64,000 nt of DNA from an uncultured Actinomycetota bacterium (GTDB taxonomy: Bacteria > Actinomycetota > Actinomycetes > CAVWCF01). Of the stretch, positions 48,186 through 62,055 are shown in pieces. Under the pieces are notes generated by a model. The model was not told the origin of the DNA and searched no databases. It was given only the letters and a program-made list of their open reading frames with translations. Positions within the stretch are counted from its first letter, which is position 1. Every line of letters starts with the position of its first letter. A program made the position numbers and the translations under genes. The stretch is taken from positions 800,001 to 864,000 of the forward strand of contig CAVWCF010000001.1 in NCBI GenBank assembly GCA_963753435.1. Reading direction: 5' to 3'.

Positions 48186-48914
48186 TCAGGTGCGATCAAC
48201 CAGCGGAAGGGACCGCAGGCCGCGTTCCAGGTGCCACTGCAGGTAGGCCGTGACCAGACCCGTGGCCGCCCGCCGCTCCCGCTCGGCCGACTCCTCCGCA
48301 ACCGGCCAGTCACCGGCCAGCAGCGCCCCCAGCAGCACGATCGTGGCCTCGTCCACCGTCGCCGACCCGGGTGGTCGGCAGTCACCGCACACCAACCCCC
48401 CGCCGGCCACCGAGAAGAAGCGGTGCGGTCCCTCAACGCCACAGCGGGCGCAGCCGTCCAGCGACGGGGCATAGCCGGCAACAGCCAGCGACCGCAGCAG
48501 ATAGGAGTCCAGGATCAGTCCGGCGGGACGCGATCCACTGGCCAGGGCGCGCAGGCCGCCGACGAGCAACAGGTACTGCTGGACCGCAGGTTCGCCCTCG
48601 TCGCTGAGCCGTTCCGCGGTTTCCAGCATCGCCGTGCCGGCGGTGAACCGCTGGTAGTCCCCGCCGATGTGCGACCCGAACGGGTCCAACGCAGCGACTT
48701 CGGTCACGACATCGAGGGTGCGCCCGATGTAGCACTGGGCGTCTACCCGCGTGAACGGCTCCAAACGCGCACCGAACTTGCTGCTCGTCCGGCGCACCCC
48801 CTTGGCCACCGCCCGGACCTTGCCGCGCTCCCGCGTCAGCAGTGTGACGATCCGATCCGCCTCACCGAGTTTGTGCGTGCGCAGCACAACACCCTCAACC
48901 CGGTAGGTAGCCAC
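48186..48914 (-). CDS. recO: DNA repair protein RecO
   Basis: LGEADRI, AVAKGVR, CxxC...CxxC zinc finger. Confidence 0.96.
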   Translation of the reverse strand: MATYRVEGVVLRTHKLGEADRIVTLLTRERGKVRAVAKGVRRTSSKFGARLEPFTRVDAQCYIGRTLDVVTEVAALDPFGSHIGGDYQRFTAGTAMLETAERLSDEGEPAVQQYLLLVGGLRALASGSRPAGLILDSYLLRSLAVAGYAPSLDGCARCGVEGPHRFFSVAGGGLVCGDCRPPGSATVDEATIVLLGALLAGDWPVAEESAERERRAATGLVTAYLQWHLERGLRSLPLVDRT

Positions 48915-48948
48915 GGCGCCATTGTCGCCGCATGTTCAGTTGCCGCGT

Positions 48949-50514
48949 TCAGACGCGCGCATCCACCCGGAACTTGGCGATGGACTCCTCCAGGGAGTCC
49001 GCTATCTCGGCCAACCGCCGGGCGGCGTCCTCGGAATCTCGGGACCCGCTCTCCGCTTGCCGCGCTGCCGCGGCGACCTGGGTCATGGCGACAACCACCT
49101 GATCCGAGGCGTTGCGCTGCTGCTGCGTGGCGATGGAGATCTCCCGGGCGGCGGTTGTGGTCTGGTCGGCGGTGTCCGCGATCCGGTCCAGGGCGCGTTC
49201 AGCTGCGCGGGCCAAGTCCACGCCGGCGTGCACCTCCCGGGCCCCGGCCGTCCCCGCCGCCAACGCGGCCGCCGTCTCGGACTGGATCCGAGCCACGATC
49301 TCTTGGATCTGCGAGGTCGCCTCCTGCGCCCGCTCCGCAAGTCGACGCACCTCCCCCGCGACCACGGCGAAGCCGCGGCCGTGTTCGCCGGCGCGGGCCG
49401 CTTCGATTGCGGCGTTGAGGGCCAGCAGGTTCGTGCGATCGGACAACTCGTCGATGACTTGCAGGATTTGGCCGATCTGTCGACCGGACTCGGCCAGAAG
49501 TTCGGACCGCTGCGCAACCGACTCCACGTGCTCGGCGATGTCCTCCATGGCCCCAACGCTGGCCGCCACGGCAGTCCGGCCGTCCTCGGCGTGCCGCAAC
49601 GTGGTCACGGCGAACTCGGCCACCAGTTCCGCAGTGGCGGCGATCTGCGTCGCGGTCCCGGCCAACTCCGCCAAGATCGCGTTCGTCTCCTCCACCGCCG
49701 AACTCTGCTCCCCGGCACCAGCGGCATGCTCACGCGCTGTCTCCAGCAGTCGCCCGACGCTGCTGGACAACTCGTGGCCACCGTCGGAGACCGAGACGAC
49801 CAGTTGCTGCAGGCTGCGCACCGCCCCGCCCAGCGACTCCGCCAGCGAGGTCAATTCCTGCGATCCGGCAACCTCATGGGCTCGAACCGTGAGATCGCCA
49901 TCAGCGGCTGCCTTCAGGACGGCTGATAGTTGCGTCACGCCCCCGGACAGGGCACTGCGGCGTTCCTCGGCCTCCTCGTGGGCCTCGTACACAGTTCGCG
50001 ACAGATTCTGCGTGCTCGCAGTCGCCCAGAAGAGCGTCACCACCGCCGCCAGCAGCAGTGGAGCCGTGTCCGCGGTCAAGGTGCCCGCCCAGGCCACCGC
50101 TAGCGTCAAGGCGAAGCAGTAGCCCACAGCAGTCACTCGTGCCCAAGCGGTCACCACAATCCCGCCGTAGTAGACGAGCGCGGGGAAGGCCAGCAGCCAA
50201 GTGGCGCCGAGCAAGCCACCCGAAGCCGAGACGAGCCCAGCCAGCAGCCCCAGCAGGATCAGGGTGGTGGCGTTGTCCCAGATGTCGGATTCATCGAGAT
50301 CATGCCCTTGGCGGACGGCTCGCGCCGCCAAGAGCGTGGTCAGCGACGCGTTGATGACCATCAGCACGATCCACGCGGCCGCCGCGCGCGGCTGTACCGG
50401 AGCCGCCGCCACGAGCCGATCCACCACGACCACGAGCGCCACCGACAGGGCGGTCGACCCCCAGTGCAGCAGCAGCGTCTCGGTTGCGTACTGCCGCGTG
50501 TAGCGCAGACTCAC
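48949..50514 (-). CDS. Methyl-accepting chemotaxis protein with multi-TM N-terminus
   Basis: Hairpin [35 protein letters not shown]; HAMP-like GDLT; 5-6 N-terminal TM helices. Confidence 0.93.
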   Translation of the reverse strand: MSLRYTRQYATETLLLHWGSTALSVALVVVVDRLVAAAPVQPRAAAAWIVLMVINASLTTLLAARAVRQGHDLDESDIWDNATTLILLGLLAGLVSASGGLLGATWLLAFPALVYYGGIVVTAWARVTAVGYCFALTLAVAWAGTLTADTAPLLLAAVVTLFWATASTQNLSRTVYEAHEEAEERRSALSGGVTQLSAVLKAAADGDLTVRAHEVAGSQELTSLAESLGGAVRSLQQLVVSVSDGGHELSSSVGRLLETAREHAAGAGEQSSAVEETNAILAELAGTATQIAATAELVAEFAVTTLRHAEDGRTAVAASVGAMEDIAEHVESVAQRSELLAESGRQIGQILQVIDELSDRTNLLALNAAIEAARAGEHGRGFAVVAGEVRRLAERAQEATSQIQEIVARIQSETAAALAAGTAGAREVHAGVDLARAAERALDRIADTADQTTTAAREISIATQQQRNASDQVVVAMTQVAAAARQAESGSRDSEDAARRLAEIADSLEESIAKFRVDARV

Positions 50515-50521
50515 GCAGGGC

Positions 50522-50549
50522 TTATCGGATCAACCCCGCCTGGGCTGAA
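50522..50549 (-). promoter_or_regulatory. Sigma-28 (FliA/WhiG)-type promoter of the MCP gene
   Basis: TTCA-N16-TCCGATAA ending 7 nt before the GTG start. Confidence 0.65.
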
Positions 50550-50567
50550 CGGGTGAAAGCCGGGAAA

Positions 50568-52500
<1,933 letters not shown>

Positions 52501-52505
52501 GCGCG

Positions 52506-54521
52506 TCAGGGTACACCGGGACCGGTTGGGGTCGAACCTAGGACTGCGGACACGTCCAGCGTCGGATTCCAGGCGCGTACCTGCTGCTGAATCGCGTCGC
52601 GGGCCATGGCCAGTTGCTGGGTCACGATGCGGCGCGAAGCCCACTGCTCCTCGCGCTCCCGCAAGGCCTTGTCGATCGCGACGATCTCGTCCTCGCTCGC
52701 CTGCAGGCGGTAGGCCTGCTGCGTCATTCGCGCCAGGGACAGCCGGTAGTCGTGACCGGACGCCACGAACTGGCCCGGAACCGGGTCCATCCCGTTCTTG
52801 GCGTCGATGGCCGTCAGCACGAACGTGGTGAAGGGTCGCCAACTGACTCCTTGCGGGACCCCAGGGGGACGCGTCCCGACCGGACCCAGCCAACTCGGGG
52901 CCTGGACCAGCAGATCGGGTGAGAACTTCACGATCGGGTCATCGTGATTGCTGAGCAGCACGAACCGGACCGAGGCACGCGCGTCCGGATCCAGCGCCTC
53001 CCATTCGGTGGCGTTGGCCACCTCCACCACCAAGCCGTCGGGGTCGTACCGGTCCGGGTAGGCGCGCCACTGCTGAACCCAGTTGGTCAGCGCCGGTGTG
53101 CCTAGGAACAGACCCGAATCAGCGCCGGCCTGGACCATCCCGCGCGAGCCCTGGCTCTTGAAGACGTCCTGCATCGAGTTCGCGCCCAGGCTCTCGCCGA
53201 AAAGAACCAAGCGCGGCCGAGTGCTCGGGTCCATGGCGGCGAGTCGGCCCGAGATCAAATGCATCAAGGCCCGGTTCTGCTGGATGGCCAGGTCGACCCG
53301 GTCCAAAGACAACGGTGACGGCCGCAGCGAGTACTGCATCGCCACAGACGCGCAGTCGCCCCGGGTGAGGTACTCGAGGGTCTCGATCGCCTGCGGGTTC
53401 ACGTACCCGGTTCCCGTTGGGGACGCAAAGCAGAGCACCGATCGCTCGAAGGCGCCCGTGCGCTCCAACTCCCGAAACGCCAGGAACGCCCGAGCATCGG
53501 TGTCGTCGCCGGAGGCGAGGCCGACGAAGACCCGGATCGGTTCGGCCTGGGCTCCCCCGACCACCGAGTCGATCTCCGCACGGGTTAGCGCCATGTTCAC
53601 GAAACGGCGTCCTTCGCGGCCGATGTCATCGAACGAGACGTGGCTGTCCGGGCTGCCGCTAACCGTCGCAAGCACCGGGCGGTCGTGATAGGCCGCTTCG
53701 ACGGCGTTGCCACCGTTCTCCGATTTGCGCATGACGTACTCCAGCCCCGCCATGCCGGCCGCCGAGACCGCCCCCAGCACCACGGCGTGCCCAATGGGTG
53801 CCGCGAGGATCTCCGCACCCGGAGCGATGCGCCGAACACCGCGAGCCAACTGGCCAGCCAACTGGTTCTCCGCGGCTCCGAACAGACTCAGCCCGACCGC
53901 GACGCCGATCCCGATAACCACTGAACGTCCTGCTGGGCCGCCCGCCGCATCGCCGCCGTTCGGGTCGACCGAGATCGCGCGACGCCGCACCCGTTCCACT
54001 TCCAGCGCCGCAGCTGCGCCGCCGATGGGCGCCATGACCGGCAACGCTGTCCAGGGCAAGCGCGCGCCGGGGCGTTGTTCCAACGCCTCCAGGGCTCCGA
54101 GGACGCTGCCGGCGGCGGCCGTGATGGCCGCGCCCCGAGTCATGCGCCAGCCGAGGGTGCGCAACGCCGCGCGCCGCAGCGGCTCGGCGTGCTGCTGGCT
54201 GAATGCGCGCTGCAGAACCACGCCGGTGCCGGCCACCAGCCCTGACGACGCGAGCATCACGCCCGTACGCGCCAGCGCGGACTCGGGTCGGCGACCTCCG
54301 GCCAGGCGCATCGCCAGTCCCCGCATCAGCGAGGCGCTGGAGGCCTCCAACCCGTAGTTGACCGCTGCGGTCAACCCCGTGGCGATCACCTGGTCCTGCG
54401 TGCTCCGCGGGCGCAGTCCGGGGTAGAGGGACGGCCCAACGCTGGCTGCGGCCGACAGCACGCCCGCTCGCTGGGCCGGGTCGAACCCCGCGAACGCGCG
54501 CTGTAACGCCGGTCTCGCCAT
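52506..54521 (-). CDS. Membrane alpha/beta-hydrolase (Abhydrolase_9 family)
   Basis: N-terminal TMs with PSL.P, GREGRRFV, PTGTGYVN, QYS..PS, GESLG nucleophile, DPI, GHDY. Confidence 0.88.
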   Translation of the reverse strand: MARPALQRAFAGFDPAQRAGVLSAAASVGPSLYPGLRPRSTQDQVIATGLTAAVNYGLEASSASLMRGLAMRLAGGRRPESALARTGVMLASSGLVAGTGVVLQRAFSQQHAEPLRRAALRTLGWRMTRGAAITAAAGSVLGALEALEQRPGARLPWTALPVMAPIGGAAAALEVERVRRRAISVDPNGGDAAGGPAGRSVVIGIGVAVGLSLFGAAENQLAGQLARGVRRIAPGAEILAAPIGHAVVLGAVSAAGMAGLEYVMRKSENGGNAVEAAYHDRPVLATVSGSPDSHVSFDDIGREGRRFVNMALTRAEIDSVVGGAQAEPIRVFVGLASGDDTDARAFLAFRELERTGAFERSVLCFASPTGTGYVNPQAIETLEYLTRGDCASVAMQYSLRPSPLSLDRVDLAIQQNRALMHLISGRLAAMDPSTRPRLVLFGESLGANSMQDVFKSQGSRGMVQAGADSGLFLGTPALTNWVQQWRAYPDRYDPDGLVVEVANATEWEALDPDARASVRFVLLSNHDDPIVKFSPDLLVQAPSWLGPVGTRPPGVPQGVSWRPFTTFVLTAIDAKNGMDPVPGQFVASGHDYRLSLARMTQQAYRLQASEDEIVAIDKALREREEQWASRRIVTQQLAMARDAIQQQVRAWNPTLDVSAVLGSTPTGPGVP

Positions 54522-54551
54522 GCTTCCTCCTACTTGCCCAGCAGTGGGGCC

Positions 54552-55127
54552 TCAGCCTGCCACCAGTGCGGCGTACTGCGCGGGTGTAACTGCTGCAGTG
54601 GCGATCGTGCCGTCCGGCAGCGGAACGCCCAAGACGTTGCCGTCGCCGCCGACGAACCCGATCGATGTCGCGCCCGCCGCACCAAGGGTCTGGGCGATCT
54701 GACCAATGCCCAGGGGCTGGTCCGGCGGCGGCACACCCGCGAGGTCCGCGTTCAACTGCACGACAACCGTCGTCCCGTCCGGTGACGAATCCCGGACCTC
54801 CAGGGCATCGAACGCGCCGGTGAAGATGGAACGGAATCCCGCCGCCGTCTCCTGATCCGTTGGGCCCGAGACCAGGGCGTCCAGTAGCGCTTGTGGGCCG
54901 ACGTCGGCGTCCACCTCGCGGGACACCGCGACCAGTTGGTTGTTGCGCACCAAGAAGATCGCTGCGGCGGCGGGAACCGGGGAGCCGGTGGGGCTGGCGG
55001 TGGAGGTCGGGGAAGGTGTCGGTTCGGCGATAGGTCGCGCGGCGGAGTCGGTTGGGACCCCGCAACCGCTGGTCAATCCGAACAGGACGACAGCAACGAC
55101 CGCCAGCAGGAAACCGCGCACATTCAC
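54552..55127 (-). CDS. GerMN-domain lipoprotein (AfsQ3/LpqB-like accessory)
   Basis: Lipobox SGCGVPTD, L..L..GPT..E...GFRS, QIAQTL; coupled to the kinase gene. Confidence 0.82.
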   Translation of the reverse strand: MNVRGFLLAVVAVVLFGLTSGCGVPTDSAARPIAEPTPSPTSTASPTGSPVPAAAAIFLVRNNQLVAVSREVDADVGPQALLDALVSGPTDQETAAGFRSIFTGAFDALEVRDSSPDGTTVVVQLNADLAGVPPPDQPLGIGQIAQTLGAAGATSIGFVGGDGNVLGVPLPDGTIATAAVTPAQYAALVAG

Positions 55128-56509
55128 TGCGGGTCGCCTTCGGCCGCGGGCCAGTCGGCATCGGCCGGCAGTTCCGGAGGCGGCAACGACGGGATCGACA
55201 ACTGCATGCGCGCGCCGCCCTCGGGCGAACGCAGCACCTCCAGCGATCCCGAGATCGCCGCGGCATGGGTCCTGGCGATGGCCAGGCCCAACCCCGCACC
55301 GTCAGTGCGTTCACTACCTCGGCCCCGATTGAACGGTTCGAATAGCCGGGCCACGTCATCGGGGTCGATACCGGGGCCGGCGTCGTCGACGTAGATGCGG
55401 GCGCCCCCCGAATGGGCGTCCACGACAACGCGGACGACGCCTTCGCCGTGTTTGCGCGCGTTGTCCAGCAGGTTGGCGATGACGCGGCGCAGGTGCCGTA
55501 CGTCGGTGAAGACGCGGACCTCCGGACCGTCGACGAGGCGATCCGGGATCGCCCGGCTCTGCAACAGGTTCAGCACGGCGTCGCGGATGTCCGCTTCAGC
55601 CACCTGCAGATCAGGAGCGGCAGTCACCTTGCTGACCTCGAGCAGGTCCAGCACCACTTGGTTGAATCGGCGGACGCTGCCACAAAGAACTCCGACAAGT
55701 CGCGCGTCGCGTTCCGGCAGCGAATCGAGACTCGGTTCGATCAGGTCGACGGTCCCCATCATCGCCGTGATCGGGGATCTCAACTCATGGCTCACGTTGG
55801 CGGCGAAGCGCCGTTCGCGCTCGATGCGTTCTTCCACCGCCGCCGACATGTCGTTGAACCCGTCGGTGATCGAGGCCAGGTCCGGGTCGTCGGTATCCGG
55901 CATGCGCACATGCTGTTCACCGCGGGTGATTCGTTCGGCGGTGTCGGACAGGGTGCGCAGCGGCCGCATGATGCGCTGACCCGCCCGGAAGCCGATGAAA
56001 CCCCCGAGCAGCGAGACAGCGCCAGCCGCTCCAGCGGCGGAGAGCGCGACGGTGTTCAAAGTCCCTTCGAGGGAATCCAGCCGAACCAGCTCGACGTAGA
56101 GGGCACCTTCCAGCCGCGACGCGGTGCCCAGGAAGGGCGCCCCCGTGACGCGGAACTTCTGAATGGCAGCGCCGTCGTCCAGGGCGACCTGCAGCAGGCT
56201 GTCCGGGATCTGCTCCGGCGCGACCGAGACGCTGCCGAACCATTCCCCGCCGGTTCGCAGCAGTGGCGACGCGTCACCGACCGGCAGTTCCTGCAGGATC
56301 GCCGCGTAGTCGTCGCGACCACCGGCCAGCGCGCTCGCCACCCGGTTCGCATCCAGCAAGGCTCGGCGGCTGGCGAGTCGCTCCTGCTCGTCGACCAGGA
56401 AGTTGCGAACCAGGACGTAGGTCAAAGTGCCTAGCAACACCGAGACCATCAGGGCCAGCAGCGCGAAGGCGACTGTCACCCGGGAGCGCAGCCCCCAGCT
56501 GGTGTTCAT
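55124..56509 (-). CDS. HAMP-domain sensor histidine kinase (AfsQ2-like)
   Basis: Two TMs, HAMP, NVSHELRSP H-box, NLLDNA, DAGPGI, GAGLGL. Confidence 0.95.
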   Translation of the reverse strand: MNTSWGLRSRVTVAFALLALMVSVLLGTLTYVLVRNFLVDEQERLASRRALLDANRVASALAGGRDDYAAILQELPVGDASPLLRTGGEWFGSVSVAPEQIPDSLLQVALDDGAAIQKFRVTGAPFLGTASRLEGALYVELVRLDSLEGTLNTVALSAAGAAGAVSLLGGFIGFRAGQRIMRPLRTLSDTAERITRGEQHVRMPDTDDPDLASITDGFNDMSAAVEERIERERRFAANVSHELRSPITAMMGTVDLIEPSLDSLPERDARLVGVLCGSVRRFNQVVLDLLEVSKVTAAPDLQVAEADIRDAVLNLLQSRAIPDRLVDGPEVRVFTDVRHLRRVIANLLDNARKHGEGVVRVVVDAHSGGARIYVDDAGPGIDPDDVARLFEPFNRGRGSERTDGAGLGLAIARTHAAAISGSLEVLRSPEGGARMQLSIPSLPPPELPADADWPAAEGDPQ

Positions 56510-57186
56510 GCCTCGAAGCGGTACCCGAACCCACGCACGGTCTTGATGTGCTTGGGGTCAGCGGCGTCGTCCTCGACCTTGAGCCGAAGCCGATACACCA
56601 AGTTGTCCACGACGCGACCGTCTCCGGCGTAGGCGTACCCCCACACATCGCGAAGCAGCTTGTCCCGCGCAAGGGTTCGGCCCCGATTGGCGACCATTGC
56701 AGCCAACACCTGGAACTCGGTTCGGCTCAGTGGCAGCAACTGGCCGTCCTTGCGGGCCTCAACCCGCTCCGGGTCCACCTCGAACGGACCCGCTGTGATC
56801 CGCGATGAGCCCTCCGAAGCCACGGAACCGCGACGCAACTGCGCCCGAATGCGCGCCAGAAGTTCCTTCATGACGAAGGGCTTGGTCACGTAGTCGTCAG
56901 CGCCGGCTTCCAGCCCGGCCACCACGTCGTGGCTGTCCGCTTGCGCGGTGACGATGACGATCGGCACGCTGGAGAAACTACGTAGTTCGCGGACGACCTC
57001 GAAGCCATGCCGATCCGGCAGGCGCAGGTCGACCAGGGCGAGATCCGGTTCGGCTGCGTGCGCTGCCTCGATCGCCGCGCCGGCCGTTGGGGCCTCCACG
57101 ACCGAGAAGCCCTCTTCCTCAAGGAAGGTGCGGATGACCAGGCGAATGTCCTGGTCGTCCTCAACGAGCAGCACGGACTTCGTCAC
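56506..57186 (-). CDS. OmpR-family response regulator (AfsQ1/MtrA-like)
   Basis: LLVEDD, DLRLP, GADDYVTKPF, VWGY, TVRGFGYRF. Confidence 0.95.
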   Translation of the reverse strand: MTKSVLLVEDDQDIRLVIRTFLEEEGFSVVEAPTAGAAIEAAHAAEPDLALVDLRLPDRHGFEVVRELRSFSSVPIVIVTAQADSHDVVAGLEAGADDYVTKPFVMKELLARIRAQLRRGSVASEGSSRITAGPFEVDPERVEARKDGQLLPLSRTEFQVLAAMVANRGRTLARDKLLRDVWGYAYAGDGRVVDNLVYRLRLKVEDDAADPKHIKTVRGFGYRFEA

Positions 57187-57320
57187 GGGCCCAGTTAACA
57201 CGAGGGGCCGTCCCGTGGGGGCACCGACCTCGGGCGAGTCTGGGACGCGTCTGGGACAGGTCTTCCACCGTTTGGCGGCAATAGGTGCCCGACACTTCCC
57301 AGAGTTGAAGGGAGGGCGCC

Positions 57321-58175
57321 ATGATCGAATCGGCGTCACCGGTCGCCGGTGAGTGGACTGCGCTGCAGCACTTGAAGGGCGACACGACCGTGGCGGTCGC
57401 CATCCCGGCGCGCAACGAAGAGGCGACCGTGGGCGGCATCGTGGCTGCGATCGGACGGCACCTCGTGGAGGTGGGCCTCGTTGATGAGGTCGTGGTCCTG
57501 GATCACGCCTCAACCGACAGGACCGGCCAGGTCGCCCGCGACGCCGGCGCCTTGGTCGTGGACGCCGACGCGGTACTGCCGGAGTTCGGGCCGGCCGTGG
57601 GCAAGGGCGACGTGCTGTGGCGGGCGCTGGCCGCCACTGAGGCGGACCTGATCATGTACTGCGATGCGGACCTGAAGGTGTTCGACCCGTACCGGTTCAT
57701 CAGGCTTACCGGGCCCCTGCTGGCCGACGACTCGGTGCACCTGGTCAAGAGCACCGGCGACCGCATCCTGCACGGACGCCACGGTGAGGGCGGCCGCACG
57801 ACCATGCTGGCGGCTCGGCCGATCCTCAACTTGTTGCACCCCGACGCCGCACACCTCACCCAGCCGTTGGGCGGGGAGTACGCCGGGCGCAGGTCGGCGC
57901 TGATGAGCGTTCCCTACGAAGTGGATTACGGCGTGGAGATCGGCCTCATCATCGACATCGCGCGCCGTTACGGGGCGCGCGCGGTGACTGAAGTGGAGAC
58001 CGGCCCGCGAGCGCACGGCTCACAGCCGTTGGCCGCGCTGTCCCGGCAGGCCGAGCAGGTACTGCGGACTGCGCTCCTGCGCGCCGGGATGGAGGTGGCC
58101 GGTCCGATCCCGCAGCCACGCCCACCGATGAGCCAAGCGCTTGCCGATCCGGTCAGCGTGGCCAGCAGCAGCTGA
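57321..58175 (+). CDS. gpgS: Glucosyl-3-phosphoglycerate synthase-like glycosyltransferase (GT81)
   Basis: PARNEEATVG, GKG, DAD, GGR, QPLGGEYA, YGVEIGL. Confidence 0.82.
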   Translation: MIESASPVAGEWTALQHLKGDTTVAVAIPARNEEATVGGIVAAIGRHLVEVGLVDEVVVLDHASTDRTGQVARDAGALVVDADAVLPEFGPAVGKGDVLWRALAATEADLIMYCDADLKVFDPYRFIRLTGPLLADDSVHLVKSTGDRILHGRHGEGGRTTMLAARPILNLLHPDAAHLTQPLGGEYAGRRSALMSVPYEVDYGVEIGLIIDIARRYGARAVTEVETGPRAHGSQPLAALSRQAEQVLRTALLRAGMEVAGPIPQPRPPMSQALADPVSVASSS

Positions 58176-58238
58176 CTCGGTCGCTGCCCGCGGCCCGGCC
58201 CGCGATGATGTGCCCTGACTGATGCGATCGGGAGGGGT

Positions 58239-60191
<1,953 letters not shown>

Positions 60192-60204
60192 ATGTGTGTA
60201 CCGG

Positions 60205-60220
60205 ATACCCCCTGGGGTAT
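60205..60220. promoter_or_regulatory. CsoR/RicR/CstR-family operator
   Basis: Palindrome ATACCCC-CT-GGGGTAT overlapping a TATAGT -10 just upstream of the MBL-rhodanese gene. Confidence 0.8.
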
Positions 60221-60249
60221 AGTCGGCCCGTCCAAGAGGAGGGCAGCAG

Positions 60250-61698
60250 ATGAGCGCACAACCGCAGCAAGACCTTGAGGTCGTCACGATCGACACCCCC
60301 AATCTGGGTGACCGGTCCTACGTCGTCGCCAACGGTTCGCACGCCGTAGCCGTGGATCCGCAACGGGACATTGATCGGGTCTTGGAGATTCTCGCCGCGC
60401 GCGGGTGGACGCTGACACACGTGATCGAAACGCACATTCACAACGACTACGTCTCCGGCGGCCTGCAGTTGGCAAGCCAGACGGGCGCCCGGTACGTAAT
60501 CCCCGCCGGCTCCAACGTTGACTTCGAGTGCGACGCCCTCGGCGACGATGAGACGTTCACGTCCGGCTCGGCGACTTGGCGGGCCCTGCACACACCCGGG
60601 CACACGCCCCACCACATGTCGTATTCGGTCGAGGTCGAAGGCACTACCGCTGCGGTGTTCACCGGTGGCTCGATGCTGTTCGGGTCGGTCGGTCGCCCCG
60701 ACCTCCTGGGAGCGGCGCTCACCGACGAGTTGGCGCAGGCCCAGTGGCATTCAGTTCGGCGTCTCGCCGAGCTGCCCACGGGCACCAGCGTCATGCCCAC
60801 CCACGGTTTTGGTTCATTCTGCAGCGCCACCGAGACGACTGGCACCGAATCAACCATCGGCCAGCAGCGGATGAGCAATCCTGCGTGCGTGCTGGAACTC
60901 GATGAGTTCGTCGCCGAACTGCTGGCCGGCCTGGACGCGTTCCCGGCGTACTACGCGCACATGGGACCAGCCAACTCCGCGGGGGCCGGACCCATCGACC
61001 TCTCACTTCCGGAGAAGGCCGATGCCAACGAGTTGCGGGCACGCCTGGACCGTGGCGAGTGGGTCGTGGACCTGCGCAGCCGCCAGGTCTTCGCCGAAGG
61101 CCACCTGGCCGGCACCCTCAACTTCGCCGCCGATGGCAACGCCGTCACCTACCTGGGCTGGCTGATCCCTTGGGGGACCCCGCTCACTCTGCTCGGCGAT
61201 ACCCCCGAGCAGGTGCAAGACATGCAGCGGGAGTTGGTGCGCATCGGCATCGACCGGCCCGCGGCCTACGCAGTCGGCTCACCGGAGCAGTGGGCACAGT
61301 CACCCGACGACCTTTCCGGCCACGAGCGAATCGACTTCACCGACCTGGCCAAGGCGATGGCTGCGGATCCCGATCTGCTGGTCCTGGACGCCCGGCGACG
61401 GTTGGAGTGGCAGGACGGACACGCCGCCGGCGCGGTGCACGTACCCCTGCACGAACTGCTGACCAGGAGTGACGAGATCGCCGACCTGGTCGCCGCCGCG
61501 GTCAGCGCCGGGCGCGACCCGCGAGTCCACGTCTACTGCGGCAGCGGTTTTCGGGCGGCGATCGCGGCAAGCCTGCTGGCCCGAGCCGGCGTCGCGGCCG
61601 TCCACGTCGACGACGACGTGGCAACAGCGGCGGACAAGGGTGTTCCGTGGACGGCCGATCACACCGCGGCCCGATTCGGTCAGGCGGTGACCGCCTGA
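60250..61698 (+). CDS. MBL-fold persulfide dioxygenase-rhodanese fusion (CstB-like)
   Basis: ETHIHNDYVSG, TPGHT, GRPDL, PTHGFGSFC; two rhodanese domains, the second with active-site YCGSGFRA. Confidence 0.9.
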   Translation: MSAQPQQDLEVVTIDTPNLGDRSYVVANGSHAVAVDPQRDIDRVLEILAARGWTLTHVIETHIHNDYVSGGLQLASQTGARYVIPAGSNVDFECDALGDDETFTSGSATWRALHTPGHTPHHMSYSVEVEGTTAAVFTGGSMLFGSVGRPDLLGAALTDELAQAQWHSVRRLAELPTGTSVMPTHGFGSFCSATETTGTESTIGQQRMSNPACVLELDEFVAELLAGLDAFPAYYAHMGPANSAGAGPIDLSLPEKADANELRARLDRGEWVVDLRSRQVFAEGHLAGTLNFAADGNAVTYLGWLIPWGTPLTLLGDTPEQVQDMQRELVRIGIDRPAAYAVGSPEQWAQSPDDLSGHERIDFTDLAKAMAADPDLLVLDARRRLEWQDGHAAGAVHVPLHELLTRSDEIADLVAAAVSAGRDPRVHVYCGSGFRAAIAASLLARAGVAAVHVDDDVATAADKGVPWTADHTAARFGQAVTA

Positions 61699-62045
61699 TG
61701 GGCTGGTTCAGCAGGGTGCCCGCGGTCAACGCAGCCGAGGCGCGTGCGCTTGTCGACGCCGGCGCAGTGCTCTTGGACGTGCGCGAGAAGGCGGAGTGGG
61801 ACGCTGGCCACGCACCTGCCGCAGTGCACGTTCCGCTGGGGCGGCTGGCCCAGGCCGGACCACGCGTGTCCGGCGCGGACAAGGTTGTGGTCGTGTGCCG
61901 GTCTGGGAATCGCTCGGCACATGCGACCAAGGCGCTGCGAGAGACCGGAGTCGATGCGGTGAACCTCAGCGGCGGGATGAACGCGTGGGCCGCCATGGGC
62001 GGCCCGGTGCGGACCAAGTCCGGCCGCCCCGGCACCGTCGTCTGA
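61698..62045 (+). CDS. Single-domain rhodanese / sulfurtransferase
   Basis: LDVRE..EW..GH, CRSGNRS, GGM.AW; TGATG overlap. Confidence 0.92.
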   Translation: MGWFSRVPAVNAAEARALVDAGAVLLDVREKAEWDAGHAPAAVHVPLGRLAQAGPRVSGADKVVVVCRSGNRSAHATKALRETGVDAVNLSGGMNAWAAMGGPVRTKSGRPGTVV

Positions 62046-62055
62046 CGCCGGGGTC

